DNA of 40,938 bases from Paraglomus brasilianum (taxonomy: Eukaryota): positions 1-40,938 of the forward strand of contig CAJVPI010000227.1 of NCBI GenBank assembly GCA_910592345.1, read 5' to 3'. A model generated the notes under the pieces. That model saw only the letters and a program-made list of their open reading frames with translations. It ran no database searches and was not told the DNA's origin. The position numbers were made by a program, and so were the translations under genes. This document shows, one piece after another, positions 1-12,067 of the stretch. How positions within the stretch are numbered: position 1 is the stretch's first letter; every line of letters begins with the position of its first letter.

Positions 1-1082
1 CAGATCGAGATTATTTCCCTTTTAGGCAGGTCGCGAACGACGGCAAACGCATCAATCAGTATTTCTCCTATATCCTTCAATCTATGCTCAAATAAGATTA
101 AAGCGTCTCCAATCAAGGCATCCGTCAGTTCGAATCCAAGCAATATAAGATCTTTTAGTTTATCGACGACTTGAGCTAAACCTGGTTTAACCCAATCTTC
201 GGAAGATCTCGAGGGATAAAGGATAAGTAACGATCCTCGTATGACCAGGTCGTTCACATCGTTGACGATCTCATGATACCCGTTTTTCTTCCAGACGTTA
301 ACTAATTTGGGATATATGAGTATAGCGCGTGCAATGACTGTTAGTTGTCTCACGTTCTCATACCCGTCAGATGGCGGATAGTCACCAAAATTAGTGCCAC
401 GTGACTCTGACTCTGAATTGGGCTTCAGCCCAATATTCCCATCTTTTTTCTCGAGAATATGTTTTCGGGTTTTCGGTCTCGGAGGAAAAGGGGCAAACTT
501 GTATCTCCGAATCAGAGCTTTGATTTCCTTTTTGTTTTCCTTCAATTTTGTTCTCGCTTGCCTAATAACCAATGGACCAGCCGATAAGTAATAAAAGGAC
601 TCCATGTCATTTCCTCGGATGGGAATATCATTCCCGTCAAACCGATCATGACCCTCTTTGAGAATTCGGGAGTAAACTTCGAAGGAGATATTGCTTGCCC
701 ACGGGCTACGGATCTTATTTTGAATAGATTTTTTTCGATCCGGATCGAGAGTACCCATGTTATGCGTAAGTTTGAGATCAATAAGTCTACTGTCGTAGTT
801 GCCAAATCCGAGCACCAATTGTTGGATAAAGTATCGACTGATGTGCGCCTTCTGCGCAAATAGACATTCGACTACATCAAGATTAATAAAAGGCTCGCCC
901 ATCCTTACTGCGTGAAATAATGCATGAGTTCTCCCATTTCTGCCGATCAACCACTTGGATTTCGTAGAAGGTAAGTTTACAATGTTGTTCCATTCATGCG
1001 AACATTTGGCAAGTACTGTAGGATTCCTCAAGTGGAGAATAATTTCCACTTTGAGTTCTAGCATTAAATTATTCAAACACAT
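1..1082 (-). CDS. Uncharacterised Glomeromycotina-type protein with an F-box-like N-terminus; 3' end lies outside the window
   Basis: Not in the ORF track because it has no stop in the window. Manual translation from ATG at 1082 is open for 360 codons to the edge: MCLNNLMLELKVEIILHLRNPTVLAKCSHEWNNIV...KWLIGRNGRTHALFHAVRMG...SRYFIQQL...PWASNI...GNDMESFYYLSAGP...FAPFPPRPK...YPPSDGYENVRQLTVIARAILIYPKLV. The N-terminus fits an F-box-like pattern (L..ELK.EI...L.....LAKCS.EWN.I). Family recognition is from memory. An upstream exon is not excluded (AG near 1125). Confidence 0.8.
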   Translation of the reverse strand, partial: MCLNNLMLELKVEIILHLRNPTVLAKCSHEWNNIVNLPSTKSKWLIGRNGRTHALFHAVRMGEPFINLDVVECLFAQKAHISRYFIQQLVLGFGNYDSRLIDLKLTHNMGTLDPDRKKSIQNKIRSPWASNISFEVYSRILKEGHDRFDGNDIPIRGNDMESFYYLSAGPLVIRQARTKLKENKKEIKALIRRYKFAPFPPRPKTRKHILEKKDGNIGLKPNSESESRGTNFGDYPPSDGYENVRQLTVIARAILIYPKLVNVWKKNGYHEIVNDVNDLVIRGSLLILYPSRSSEDWVKPGLAQVVDKLKDLILLGFELTDALIGDALILFEHRLKDIGEILIDAFAVVRDLPKREIISI

Positions 1083-3405
1083 ACGTGGAAGCTGGTCGGT
1101 TGACAAGGCGACATCCGTAGACACTTAGCAAAGTTCGAAAACGATTATATATACTAATGCTATTCTTGTTACATCTAATTTGTGCAACAAACAATACGGT
1201 ACAATCCGAAATCTATGTTTATTATTATTATCCTTTGCTTCAAGGCTTTGCTTCTAAATACTTCACCATTGTTGCGAATGCAGTTTATAAGCACAATTTC
1301 AATATTGAGCCAATAAGGTGGAGTCTCCAGTAACCTGTGCCTTAAATTTCGCATTCATATAGACCCAATATAGCGAAGTACTTTAAAATACGCAACTATG
1401 ATAACGTTAAAATTACAGTCGCAGTTGCTAAATATATAAGCTTTGCTCGTTTACGCTGCCGCAATAAGCCTACAATTAGCATAAGCATGAATTATAAGAT
1501 GTAAGTATTCGGCATTGAGCGTCCACACGGTCAAATTATCGTCAATGATAACAGGTCAACAAACAGTTGTTGAGTGTTGTCAAGTTGAGGGTCATTGACC
1601 AGGTGACTAAATGTGATGTTTGCAGAGTTAATAATTGCCGATTTGCATTAATAATGATGGTACAATGTCGATAGACGCTAATATTAATGTCGTGATGGAA
1701 TTAATAATTATTGTTATTGGAGTTTTGCGTCCTTTTATTAGTTAATTGTTATCGGTCTGTTTGTACGTACAATAAAAAGTTCTAAAATTTAAAAGGATAT
1801 GTTTGTATTACCGTCATCATTAATTTTAGTGATCTGCACCACATTTAGTGTTTAAAGCAAAATGCTGTGTCGTACAAATTCCAACTTCCATTTAATATTG
1901 GGTACTATTCTTTGAAATTGAAGCATGCCACCAATGCCTGAAAAAAGTTCTAAACATCGTAAACGAAGCCTCGTTCATTTGTGCGAATGTGATACAATTA
2001 CGTCTTGTTTCGATGTAATGATATGGCACTATAGTGAGAATTCTTTTGATGCAAAAAAAGTATTATTAAATTTTCACTCGATATAATGAAGTTCTTTCTC
2101 AAAACAATATAAGCAAAGCGAATTAAAAAAAATATTGCTGAGCTAATTTTGGTATTAATAAAAGGATAGAAGTGTCTAATATAGCTGGTCAAAAAGTTTG
2201 CTAAAGGTGATTCAGCATTTCCCAGCATAGCCTGAAATTCCTTGAGGGTTCCTAGTGCTTTGCATACAAATGTCAGCATCGGTTTAATCTTCCTACTCTG
2301 GGTATGATCAGTTAACATTCCGAATATAAAGCCCCCGCATACGCAGATTTGAGATTCGAGAGTGAACGATTTTCGCTGCATAATACGTATGACCTACTTT
2401 GACTTCTTTATATTTTCATCCGATAGCTTTTCAAATGGCAGCAGATAATCAGATACATTTATATATTCGGGATCGTGGTCGGATTTATATAAGCAACGAC
2501 ACACTATCGTGTACCACAACTTTGAAGTTGGTTAAGCGTTCTGGATGTGCTGTAGATTCATATATCATGCTTGGGATGAGAACATGCGTTAGTCTGCAAA
2601 AAGAAAAGAATGTGTTCTAAAGCTTTACGTTCTTTGTAATGTAATGTTCACCTAAAGACTATAGAGTGCAGAAAAAGCGTTAGTAGCAAAGCATCCGAAT
2701 ACATCAAACTAATGCTCTTGATACATTGGCTTCAATATTCCTAAGGCGGCTGCTTCCTTAACGGTTCCAGACTGTTTGAGTTATTTAATATTAACATAGA
2801 CCATACTGACAGGAACACCAATGTGTTTACTCCATACGACTCCTAATGCCTTGGTCCCACAATTTGTTGTAAGTTAGTCCTTGTCTGGAAGTCATCGCTC
2901 TAATTGATGTTTCTCGAAGGAATTTAAGATATGACCTCCCCCTTATATCTATGCAACTTGGTAATAAATTCTCTATGTTGCAGCGTGGGACAATTAATCG
3001 TGTGACATCATTCAAAAGTAGGGACAAGAAATCATAGAAAAACCTTATATCGTAAATAATTCAATACATGCAAGAAGAATGTACGGCAGATAGATTTTAG
3101 CCACATCAACCAAAATTCCTTTGATATATTGGTAATGTCTTAAAAAATATGTCGAAAGAGGTAGGGAGATGGTCTGTAAACAATAAGAGCTTACAATGTA
3201 ATAATGATCACCTAACCATAAATTCCGCATAAGCAGTTTATTAACGAAAGTTATTTGACTGAATTTTACCCTTAAGATAAATCGAGATTATTATCGCAAA
3301 TAAGCCCAAGTTCCCGGTCGGCGGAGGTATACTCCATCGCCTCCTGCAACTCTCGCTCGCTTTGACGTTTTTCGAATAAAGGCCTTTAAAGGAACTTTCG
3401 CTTTG

Positions 3406-4034
3406 TTAATATTCATTGAAGATAGTAATTGAATCTAGCCAGCGCAAACTCGTAAGACCCGATGGCACTTGTTGAGATAGAACTTCAGTCATCAGGGTGA
3501 TTGCAATTCTAACAGACGTTACTTCATTCATCAGATGTTTAGCCGCTTTCGACTGAGCGCCAAATTCGACTATGGTATATTGATATACTATGGGCGAGTA
3601 TTTCAGGTACGTAAATGGCTGGAAATAGACCTCTTCAGATTTCTCAATTTGATTGACTATAAAATCGAGTAGATCATGTCGCTTGAGATTTCTGTCAGGA
3701 TTCAACAATTCCGTCAAACAGATCGAGATTATTTTCCTTTTACGCAGTTTGCGAACGACAGCAAACGCATCATCAGTATTTCTCCTATATCTTTCAACCT
3801 ATGCTCGAATAAGATTAAAGCATCTCTAATCAAGGTATCTGTCAGTTCGAATTCAAACTGTTTAGTTTCTCGACGACTTGATCTAAACCTGGTTTAACCC
3901 AATCTTCAGAGGGTAAAGGATAAGTAGCAATCCTTGCATAACCAGGTCATTTACATCATTAACGATCCCATGATACCTGTTTTTCTTCCAGACATTAACT
4001 AATTTGGGATAGATGAGAATAGCACATGCAATGA
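3406..4034 (-). pseudogene. 5'-truncated, frameshifted paralog of the gene at 1-1082
   Basis: 3719-4034 aligns by eye to 1-337 with several short deletions and many CpG transitions. 3406-3717 continues as an open frame (TELLNPDRNLKRHDLLDFIVNQ...), probably the C-terminal part that lies off-window in the intact copy. Confidence 0.85.
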
Positions 4035-4449
4035 AAAGCAGTTGAATGGTATAAAAAAGCAGCTGAACAAGGACATGCCAATGCTCAATTTAATCTTGCA
4101 AACTGAAGTAGAAGATGAACAAAAAGCAGTTGAGCTCTATCAGAATGCAATAAAACAAGTACATTTGTCAGTGCAAGTTAAAAACAGCAGGCATTATAGC
4201 AATATGGTAGGATTAGATATTATCATTCATTATGTAACTGGCTTGTGTCAATTGGGTGCTAAAAAAAGGAAATCCTTGGCCTGTATTATGAAAATGGAAT
4301 TGGGTGGAAACTGATATTAAAAAGGCACTTGAATTTTATGAAAAGGTAGCTGAACAAGGATATATTAAAGCATGAAGTAAGATATATTTTTTATGAAAAT
4401 ATGTCAGAGGTAAAGAGAAAAGATTGAGTTGTATAAAAGTGGTTATTGA
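4035..4449 (+). pseudogene. Decayed 3' fragment of a Sel1-repeat gene, homologous to 36673-37100
   Basis: Reads KAVEWYKKAAEQGHANAQFNLA, EDEQKAVELYQNAIKQVHLSVQVKNSRHYS, LYYENGIG, DIKKALEFYEKVAEQG and KIELYKSGY* across frameshifts. It matches the unique C-terminal insert and tail of the ORF at 36673-38859. Homology continues into the 3' flank to about 4523 (tgtatgtttgtta..agtagtgacc; gataggtagt). Confidence 0.9.
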
Positions 4450-5286
4450 CAAATCATTGCATTTGTATGTTTGTTACAGTAGTGACCAAAAAATTTTTTT
4501 TCCAAATTTTTGGATAGGTAGTCCAATGGGTTCATATTATCAAAAGTTTGTTATAGTAGGCCTAATTTTGACAGATTTTACCCTTCATTTGTTATGCATT
4601 TTTAAGAATGTTATTGTTATGCTATCTGCACTTTGACCATTAATAAAAAAATTTGCCTTATTCTGAACTTTCAAAAAAGCTAAAAAATTGTAACAAAAAC
4701 TGGTATATATGAAGTAAATACCCATACTACATCTTTAAAATAATCTTTTACAAAAAATTTTATGTAAAATTTTTTTTGCAAAATTTACCCTATTGAGACT
4801 ATGTCAGACTCCCCCTATTACTATTACATATCCATCATGATTAGTCTACTCCTCTAATTAACATCTGATGCTTGTTCACTTTCTCACCTTAGTTCTATAA
4901 TGAAATTACCCATTCATGTTGGCACAACACCAGATGCCACTTGCATGATCTCTTGCATCTAAATAACATTTGTTTTGTTTTTTTTTTGTCTATGGTTTTG
5001 GTGCAGAGAAGAAAACACTTTAATTGCCAAATAGTGGTTTTAGCAATTTCCTAAACTGTTTCCTTGAAAACTGACATTAATTCAAGTTGACCTTTGATAT
5101 GAAGGTGAGGGTTTGCACAAGCAACTTTTTCAAACAGCTGTTCACTACGGTTAGGAACAATAAGCTTGCCATGCAGTCTTTCTAACAGCAGTTTACTCAA
5201 AAAGTGATAATCTTGCTATCTGTGGCATGACATTTTCAATAAATGAGAATACCCTGTGATTGATATTTTTTTAATTTTCAATAAGT

Positions 5287-5919
5287 ACAACTTTATTGCT
5301 GAACTACATATACATATTTTAACTCTATCTAAAGACAGACATGCAATAAATGAGGGAGGGTTATAAGATCCCACAACTAAGGTAGAAAAGAGGGTAGCTA
5401 TAGATTTTGGAGATGTAATGGAAGAGGAGATATAGTAATAGGCATTATAGGAGTGGGAAGAGGAGGAAGAGAGAGGAGAGAAGAGATGTGAGATATAGAA
5501 GGCCAAGTACAAGGGGCCTTAGGAGAAGAGGATAGGTGGAGAGATCTATATGCTATAGCTAAGAACAAGATGGAGAAGAGATTTGAGTAAATTGTATGAA
5601 GAGGGAAGAACCAAAAGTGCATGATGTATAGTCCTTCCATATAGAGAATATGGCTGCTGATTGAAGAAGTTGGCCAAGTTTTTAAAGTGAGGTTGAGATG
5701 GATGATAAGAAGAAATGAAAGAGCAAAGGAGAGAAATTTTGTCCCAGATTAGAGATGCATGAGAACAGGAGTGGAAGAGATGAGATATGGAATTAGGGGT
5801 TGTGAGACACCAGGGACATGATATACCAAAGGGAGAGATTCTAGAGACTGAAATACCAATAGGGAGAGAGTGATGAGACATTTTCCGAAGGGAGGGAAGG
5901 ATAGTGGAGGAAGAGACAG
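5287..5919 (-). mobile_element. 5'-truncated non-LTR retrotransposon (L1/Tx1-like) fragment with zf-RVT zinc finger and 3' UTR
   Basis: Translation SLRKMSHHSLPIG...CPWCLTTPNSISHLFHSCSHASLIWDKI fits the C-x2-C-x7-H-x4-C...IW zinc finger at the end of LINE ORF2. AATAAA near 5291-5296 on the minus strand. An 11-bp direct repeat TTTCAATAAGT at 5276-5286 and 5920-5930 is a candidate target-site duplication. Confidence 0.75.
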
Positions 5920-8900
5920 TTTCAATAAGTTAAGACTGTAACAAAGAATTGGACTGTTTTGAATGAATCTTTTTTAATTTTCACATCAGTCAACTGACTA
6001 TCCCGTCCATACTAAATATTTTCCTCCGTTGCTCCTTATTACAACTAGTCATAGTAGTGAGTTGAGTTTCAGTTTTGTCTGAATTAATGCTTGTTGAATA
6101 AATTTTTTCAAGTAACGACAAAGTTAAATATGTGGAGACATTGGCAGAAAAGTCATCTTTATGTTTGCAGAATATTATCTTATTTCTTTATAATAAACTG
6201 TTCTGGTTCTGTAATATTTTTCAGTAGTTGCTTCACCTCTCTTCTTTGACAATGCCCACAAGTTTTAGTCGGAACCATTGAAGGAATTCTTTGGTTATGT
6301 TACTTGTATGTAATCTTTTTGGAGATGCCACTTCTTACCAAGCATCTTATTAGATTCAGGTTTTTAATATTGTTACTATTGCTAGTGTTATAGCTCTGGC
6401 TATTGTCTATAGAGTTTGGTCGTGATTACGTAAATTGGCCAGTCATAATTTCAAGGACGTGAGACTTTTAATTTTATTGCTGATTGTCCAAAGACTTTTT
6501 GTAATACATTGTATAGCCACTCTCTCTCTTTCCATCACCAGCTCTTTATGTTTAGTGAAAATTTTTTCATAAAACATTACTATTGAATTGCTCCTCGTAC
6601 TATTCAGGGACTTCTGAGACTACGCCGTAACGTTTCATAACTATAATTAAAACGGTTTAATAGAAAAAAAGTCAAACGTGTGCATGGGTTCTAACCCTGA
6701 TGTTTGGCAAGGGGCTATTAGCACAGACAAAAAACTTTCGATAAAGCCTCTCCCAAAAGGGAGCGAATAATCTAACTGACACTGCCCCCCAAGAATACAG
6801 AAGCTTCCTCGAATGTGAGTCTTCACTAATACTAACAGCTAGGACTAACAGTTTAAGGTAATAATAATCGATCTCTGTTATGCATTTAATAATCATAACT
6901 TTAACTTGTCATGTTTCATCCGATTATTTTTGTACGTTTTTGGTAAGACTAATGACTTGAAACTTAAATTGTTACTTTTAACCATATTACAATACTAAAG
7001 ACAAGAACGGTCATACTTTAATCGCTCCTTGCCATTACATCAATTGCATATTAATGACAAAAATAATTACGTAAACCGTAGTAGTATGAGGGGGGAAATC
7101 ATATGTATTAACTCGAAGTGAATGCCGAACTTTTATGAAACACTATTTGAATATTATTGGTAATCGGTTGCAAGGGTGTAAAACTGATATAGGGAACGCC
7201 TATAAGAAGTTTTAAATTGGGAACATAATTGAAAGCCCTAACAAAATGAATAAATGGCCGCCTATGATTATGCATCCTTGTCCCTCGCTAGCAAGAGGAC
7301 AATATTTATTGGCTAGTCAAATTGGTTACGTCCTTGTTGACATGAGATTACGATGACATCTGCGAATGTTGTCATTATTATTGTCAGTCATGTATGAACA
7401 ACGGAATTCTAAATTTATCGCCCCCCCCATATGAGACATCTATGGAGCAAATAATGATTGGTTGACTCGAGTTGGGTAATACAATTGGTAAAGTCTGTTC
7501 ACTTTGTTGTTCAACGTATTACTATTAATACAACATTTGGCAATATTGCCCAGCTGTTTCCATGTGGTTCTTCAGCATTCACCGCTTACCTTTATTCGTC
7601 ATGTTAGGCTCTTTATTCCAGCCTCCCCCATTTGGACGGTGTCACAATAATAAACCACTAGTCCATAACGTTAAACATTCACATGTAGCTCGACCTGGTG
7701 TACAAAGTATCACAACAATGAATTGTACTTCCTCTCGTTTATGCATAATTAGCAACGGCAAACGTCATTGGTATATGGGGCGTGTTGCGACAAAACCAGA
7801 AAAATGAAACATTCGGGCAAATTATGGCTTTTTACTTTTGGAAGTGAATCTGGTTGTACAGCAAGTTGCATTGTACGGGTTATAGGAAAAAGAAATACCA
7901 TTAGTTTAATTAGTATTGAAAAAAAAACCAAATATGGAGCAATGGGGTACGGAATTTCACACCATATTTTCTTTATTTGCTCGTAAAGGAGACATTTGAT
8001 TTGAATTACTTTTCTTTTTTTCGTTATCTCGGATTTTAGCATGGTTATCATCCAGCAGCCCCGACGGTAAAGGAGCAACTTGTCAAGTAGCACACTGGAC
8101 TGCAAAGTAGCAAGCACCTTGCAAACTTCTATTAATGCTTACGTTCTGCCCTGTTTGTGTTTGTAAAGCTGTACCGCATTTTTCTTACCCCTTTTTTCAA
8201 GACGGGAATGCGTTGACAGCTTAATAATCTAACGGAATTTGCTTTCATAATTACTGTATAGGGATATTGATTCCTTGTGCAGACGATCCTAATTGCTTTA
8301 ACTGCTAACGTTTAGGTAAACTTGTCAAGGAGTTTGTGTTCTGTTATCTATATTTCTTGGCCTTATTTTTGGATACGTGAATGACATAAGCAACAATCTT
8401 AATTAACAATTCATAATCTAGTATTGTTAAGGGTATAGATCGCGTCAAATTTAGCTAAAATACTAAAGAATTGCATACTTAAACTGTGACGATTGCATCT
8501 GAACTTTGAACTAAAGTAATTACATATTGTTAATCTCCTGAAGAAAGGAGGACAGTCATTTTACTTTCACAGTTCTTACGGTAATGTTAACAATCATCGG
8601 CAGCAGCAGCACACATACAGCAAATTGTTACCTTTTATTGAAAATATTATTAATTGGTTTACCAATCCAGACTTGGATATTTTAATTTTTGATATATAAC
8701 TAATTAGCGGGCTCCTCTCCGGGCTGGTCATCGTCACGTGGTATTTATATATAGTATCATTTACACATGACGATAGTGTAAAAGAGAATGGGATATTCAA
8801 AATAGAGAGTGAGAAAAAGAGGAGTAATATATATATATATATCAAGTGATTCGAGTCGAATGAATTATTCGTATTATCAGTAAATGTTACATAAGCGATC

Positions 8901-9551
8901 GATCCATTAATCCCCAAGCGATCATTAACATCTTCATCGCTTCTTGCTCACCTACACAACAGACATCAGACATCATAGTCAAAAAGAGGCAATATTTTAT
9001 AATAACATGCAAGAGAAACAAGCCTATACAAGATGAGTAAAAAAAAAATAGTGACGACTAGATAAGATGATATAACACTAATGTAAGGACACCAAGACCT
9101 ATGAGAACGTTACAAATAACAAGAGTACATTTAAGTGGATTTTTAGAAAAATAATTGTAATTGATTTTGAAAAACTAGAGGGATCGAAAAGGGATAAGAA
9201 GAGGGGGGGAAAAGGAAAACAAAAAATTATACAAGAATGAACCCAAAGAAATGCAAAATAATAAAAAAAAAGAGTCCAGGTTACATATCTAATAAAATAA
9301 TGCTATTCAAACGATCCTTATATAATAAGGTTCTCAAGTAATCATATATAACTCAAGAAACCAAAGAGATTACAAACTGTGGATGTTATCAATTCTACAG
9401 ACTTAAATACACCATCCACGACCAATATATCTTCTCTACGAATAGTTCTTCAATCTCATATGTATACATTTATAACCGTCTCCTTAACTTTTTATAACCT
9501 CCCAATAAACCCCCAAACATTAAATTGTATAACGCAGAGATTGTGTGTGAC

Positions 9552-11730
9552 TTACAAAAAGTTTTCTTCTTTTCTACGTCCAATGACCCTATCGACTCCT
9601 TTTCCTTTTACCCTTCGCTCATTCTTATCCCTGTTTTTCTCTCTGGACATTGCATTTCGCTCTTTTTCCTCGTGCTCCCCTCCCACACCTAGTACTATCG
9701 CCTCATCACCCTTTAAAAGTTGGCAAGAAACAATTCTAAATCTCGGTCCCGCTTCAACAATTTCCTCTCCATCATCGCTCATAGCGTCCGAAGAACTACC
9801 AGCGTCCTGTCCTGACGCCGATCCACTTCCTTCCGATCGAACATTTCCTCCCCGAAATGAGAACGAATTGATACCGTCCTCGTCCTCTTCGGCAATTTCG
9901 TCTAACCGCAGAGAGCTTTGCTGTTCGCGAAGAGAGGGGGCGGTAGCAGATGGACCGCAATCATCCTCATAATAACTTAGTACTGATTGCATCGGCGATG
10001 ACGGAAGCGTGCGACTTAGGAGGAGATTTGGATCTTCGTCGGGTAAACATGATGCGGTTTGACGGCGGAAAGGAATCGGAACGGCTTGCGTTGTTGAAGT
10101 CGAGGTTGAGTATGATGCGGATGATATTGGATGCGTCGGTGTGGAGCTTGATTCTGTGGCGTTTGTAGTGTTTATAAGTTTTTGTGAAGAAGTGTCTGGA
10201 TTTTGTAATATTTTGAATAGTTCCGTTCGCTCGGGTCCGGTTAATTCACTCAGTCTTTTGCCATTAATTGTGATAGAGTCAAAAGAAAGAATCCCAGAAT
10301 TAGATCCTGAATTTGTCGATTCTGTCTCTTCTATCTTTTCTTCACTTTTTTGATTATCTTCATCTTTTGATTCACCCAATTTCTTCGAGTCCTCATCATG
10401 CTCTGCCAAGACTTGTTCCCAGTCTACCGAGTTGTCAATAGCAGCGTCTAGATTAGCGTAGCTTCGACATAGAGGACATAGAAATGCGGGATGGTTCGAC
10501 AAAAGAGGCCGTATACATTTGTAATGGAATACGTGTGAGCATGGAGCGAGGAAGAGTGCTTGACATGGGCCGATGCCGCATAGACAAATGCAGCAGTCTT
10601 GTGTTTGGTGTTTGAAGGCATCCGGGCCAGTTAGGGCTTTGAGTTGTTTCATTGCATTGATACTGATAAAGAGTGAATGTGTAAGCGTATGATTAGTGCA
10701 ACTCGATATGAACACGATAATGTGTAAGAATTAACACTACGGTATTATTATAATGCACCGGTTCTACGAATAAATAACATTTTTTCATCCTCTCTCCTTC
10801 ATTCTCTATAACATTCTTATTCATTCCCACCACCATACCCTTGCTTCCTGACAACCACTGCTTACCTGAATTCATTAACTTTGTGTTGCCACGATCGATT
10901 TAATTCTATACGCATCTTCACACATCGATATATTTCTATTCAAGCAAATGACACAGTTTAGATACATCAAAATATTCGAGACGTGTCACACCCTACCCGG
11001 TACCAACGAGTGTATATATTCTTTATCACACTATTTTCGCTGATTCACCTACCTTCTGTTCCGCCTTGATAATCAACTCCAAGCTGAACAATATCTCCAT
11101 CTTTCAATGGGTATGGTTTGCTCTCTTGACCAGGTGCTGAAAGACGCGAACGATTAAGGAAAGTACCCGAGGACGATTTTGTGTCTCTAATAAGAAACTA
11201 GAAAAAATATATATACAGTTAATGGTATGCGTTGAGATGTTTTTGGCATAAGCAATGTTTTTCACAACGATATTGCTTATTGTGTATAGCTATACATATA
11301 TAGCATAATATTATAATATTACGAAATATTACGAAATATTTGCCTAAGTTATGTTCACAATATTGTATTGGTTATAGCAACTGGCTTCTCCTCACATATT
11401 CCAGTATGCACATCGGCCTCAGCTAGTTTTCCTCTCCTTGGGCCCCACACAGATGACCACCAAACCCTTCTATACTTGTGCCTATGACTAGCAAGTTCAT
11501 TAACAACCAACCTTTCCACTTTCGCTCCATATTTCTGCGTGTCCTCTGGAAACTACTTTACTCTTGAATGTTACTCTATTGGGTAAATTGGCTTTATCAG
11601 TAAACCTTCCTATTTTAATGTTTGTACCGTCGGGCACCTCTCGTTCGATGATGTCAAATTGCAACGAGCGAGGACCCTCCACGTGGGGTACTATACGAAT
11701 AGACGGCGTTTGCTCCGGTTGTGGAGACAT
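9552..11730 (-). CDS. DMA1: FHA + RING-H2 E3 ubiquitin ligase (Dma1/Chf1/Chf2 family), 4 exons, about 514 aa
   Basis: Exons 11730-11512, 11197-11053, 10935-10866 and 10662-9552, all GT-AG and phase-consistent. FHA motifs KIGRF, FKSKVVSRGHAEI, RDTKSSSGTFLN, LKDGDIVQLGVDYQGGTEEIYRCVKMRIE. RING CCICL...ALFLAPCSHVFHYKCIRPLL...FLCPLCRSYANLDA. Confidence 0.93.
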
Positions 11731-12067
11731 GTTTTTTGTTTAGTGAGTCGGGGAGGAAATAAAAGTCTCCAGAAACGAGTATGGGAGTGTGTATTTGTTT
11801 GCTATACCAGAAGTAATAGATTGCGGAAAAAAAAGCCAATGGGGCTGAACAAGCAAAAAGACGAATAGTGAAATACGAGATAGTTTTGGGAACACAAGAT
11901 AGGAGACCAAGTGAATGGGGAGGATCGGGGGTGGGGGGTGTGTTATAAGGTGAGGGTCGAATTTGGAAACATGTGGGATGATTGTTAGTTGTTCGGTTAT
12001 TTACATTATTATTAGTTCTATTATTTCTATTATTAACTTATTATTAGCTGCCATAGCTTCTAGTATC

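Noticed and set aside
394..863. Three short ORFs in the track
   Set aside because: Shadows of the real minus-strand frame 1082 to <1.
7562..8117. Overlapping short ORFs on both strands
   Set aside because: No motif, splice structure or homology that I can support.
9379..10353. Plus-strand ORFs of 197, 72 and 70 aa
   Set aside because: Antisense to the last Dma1 exon, low complexity, no motifs.
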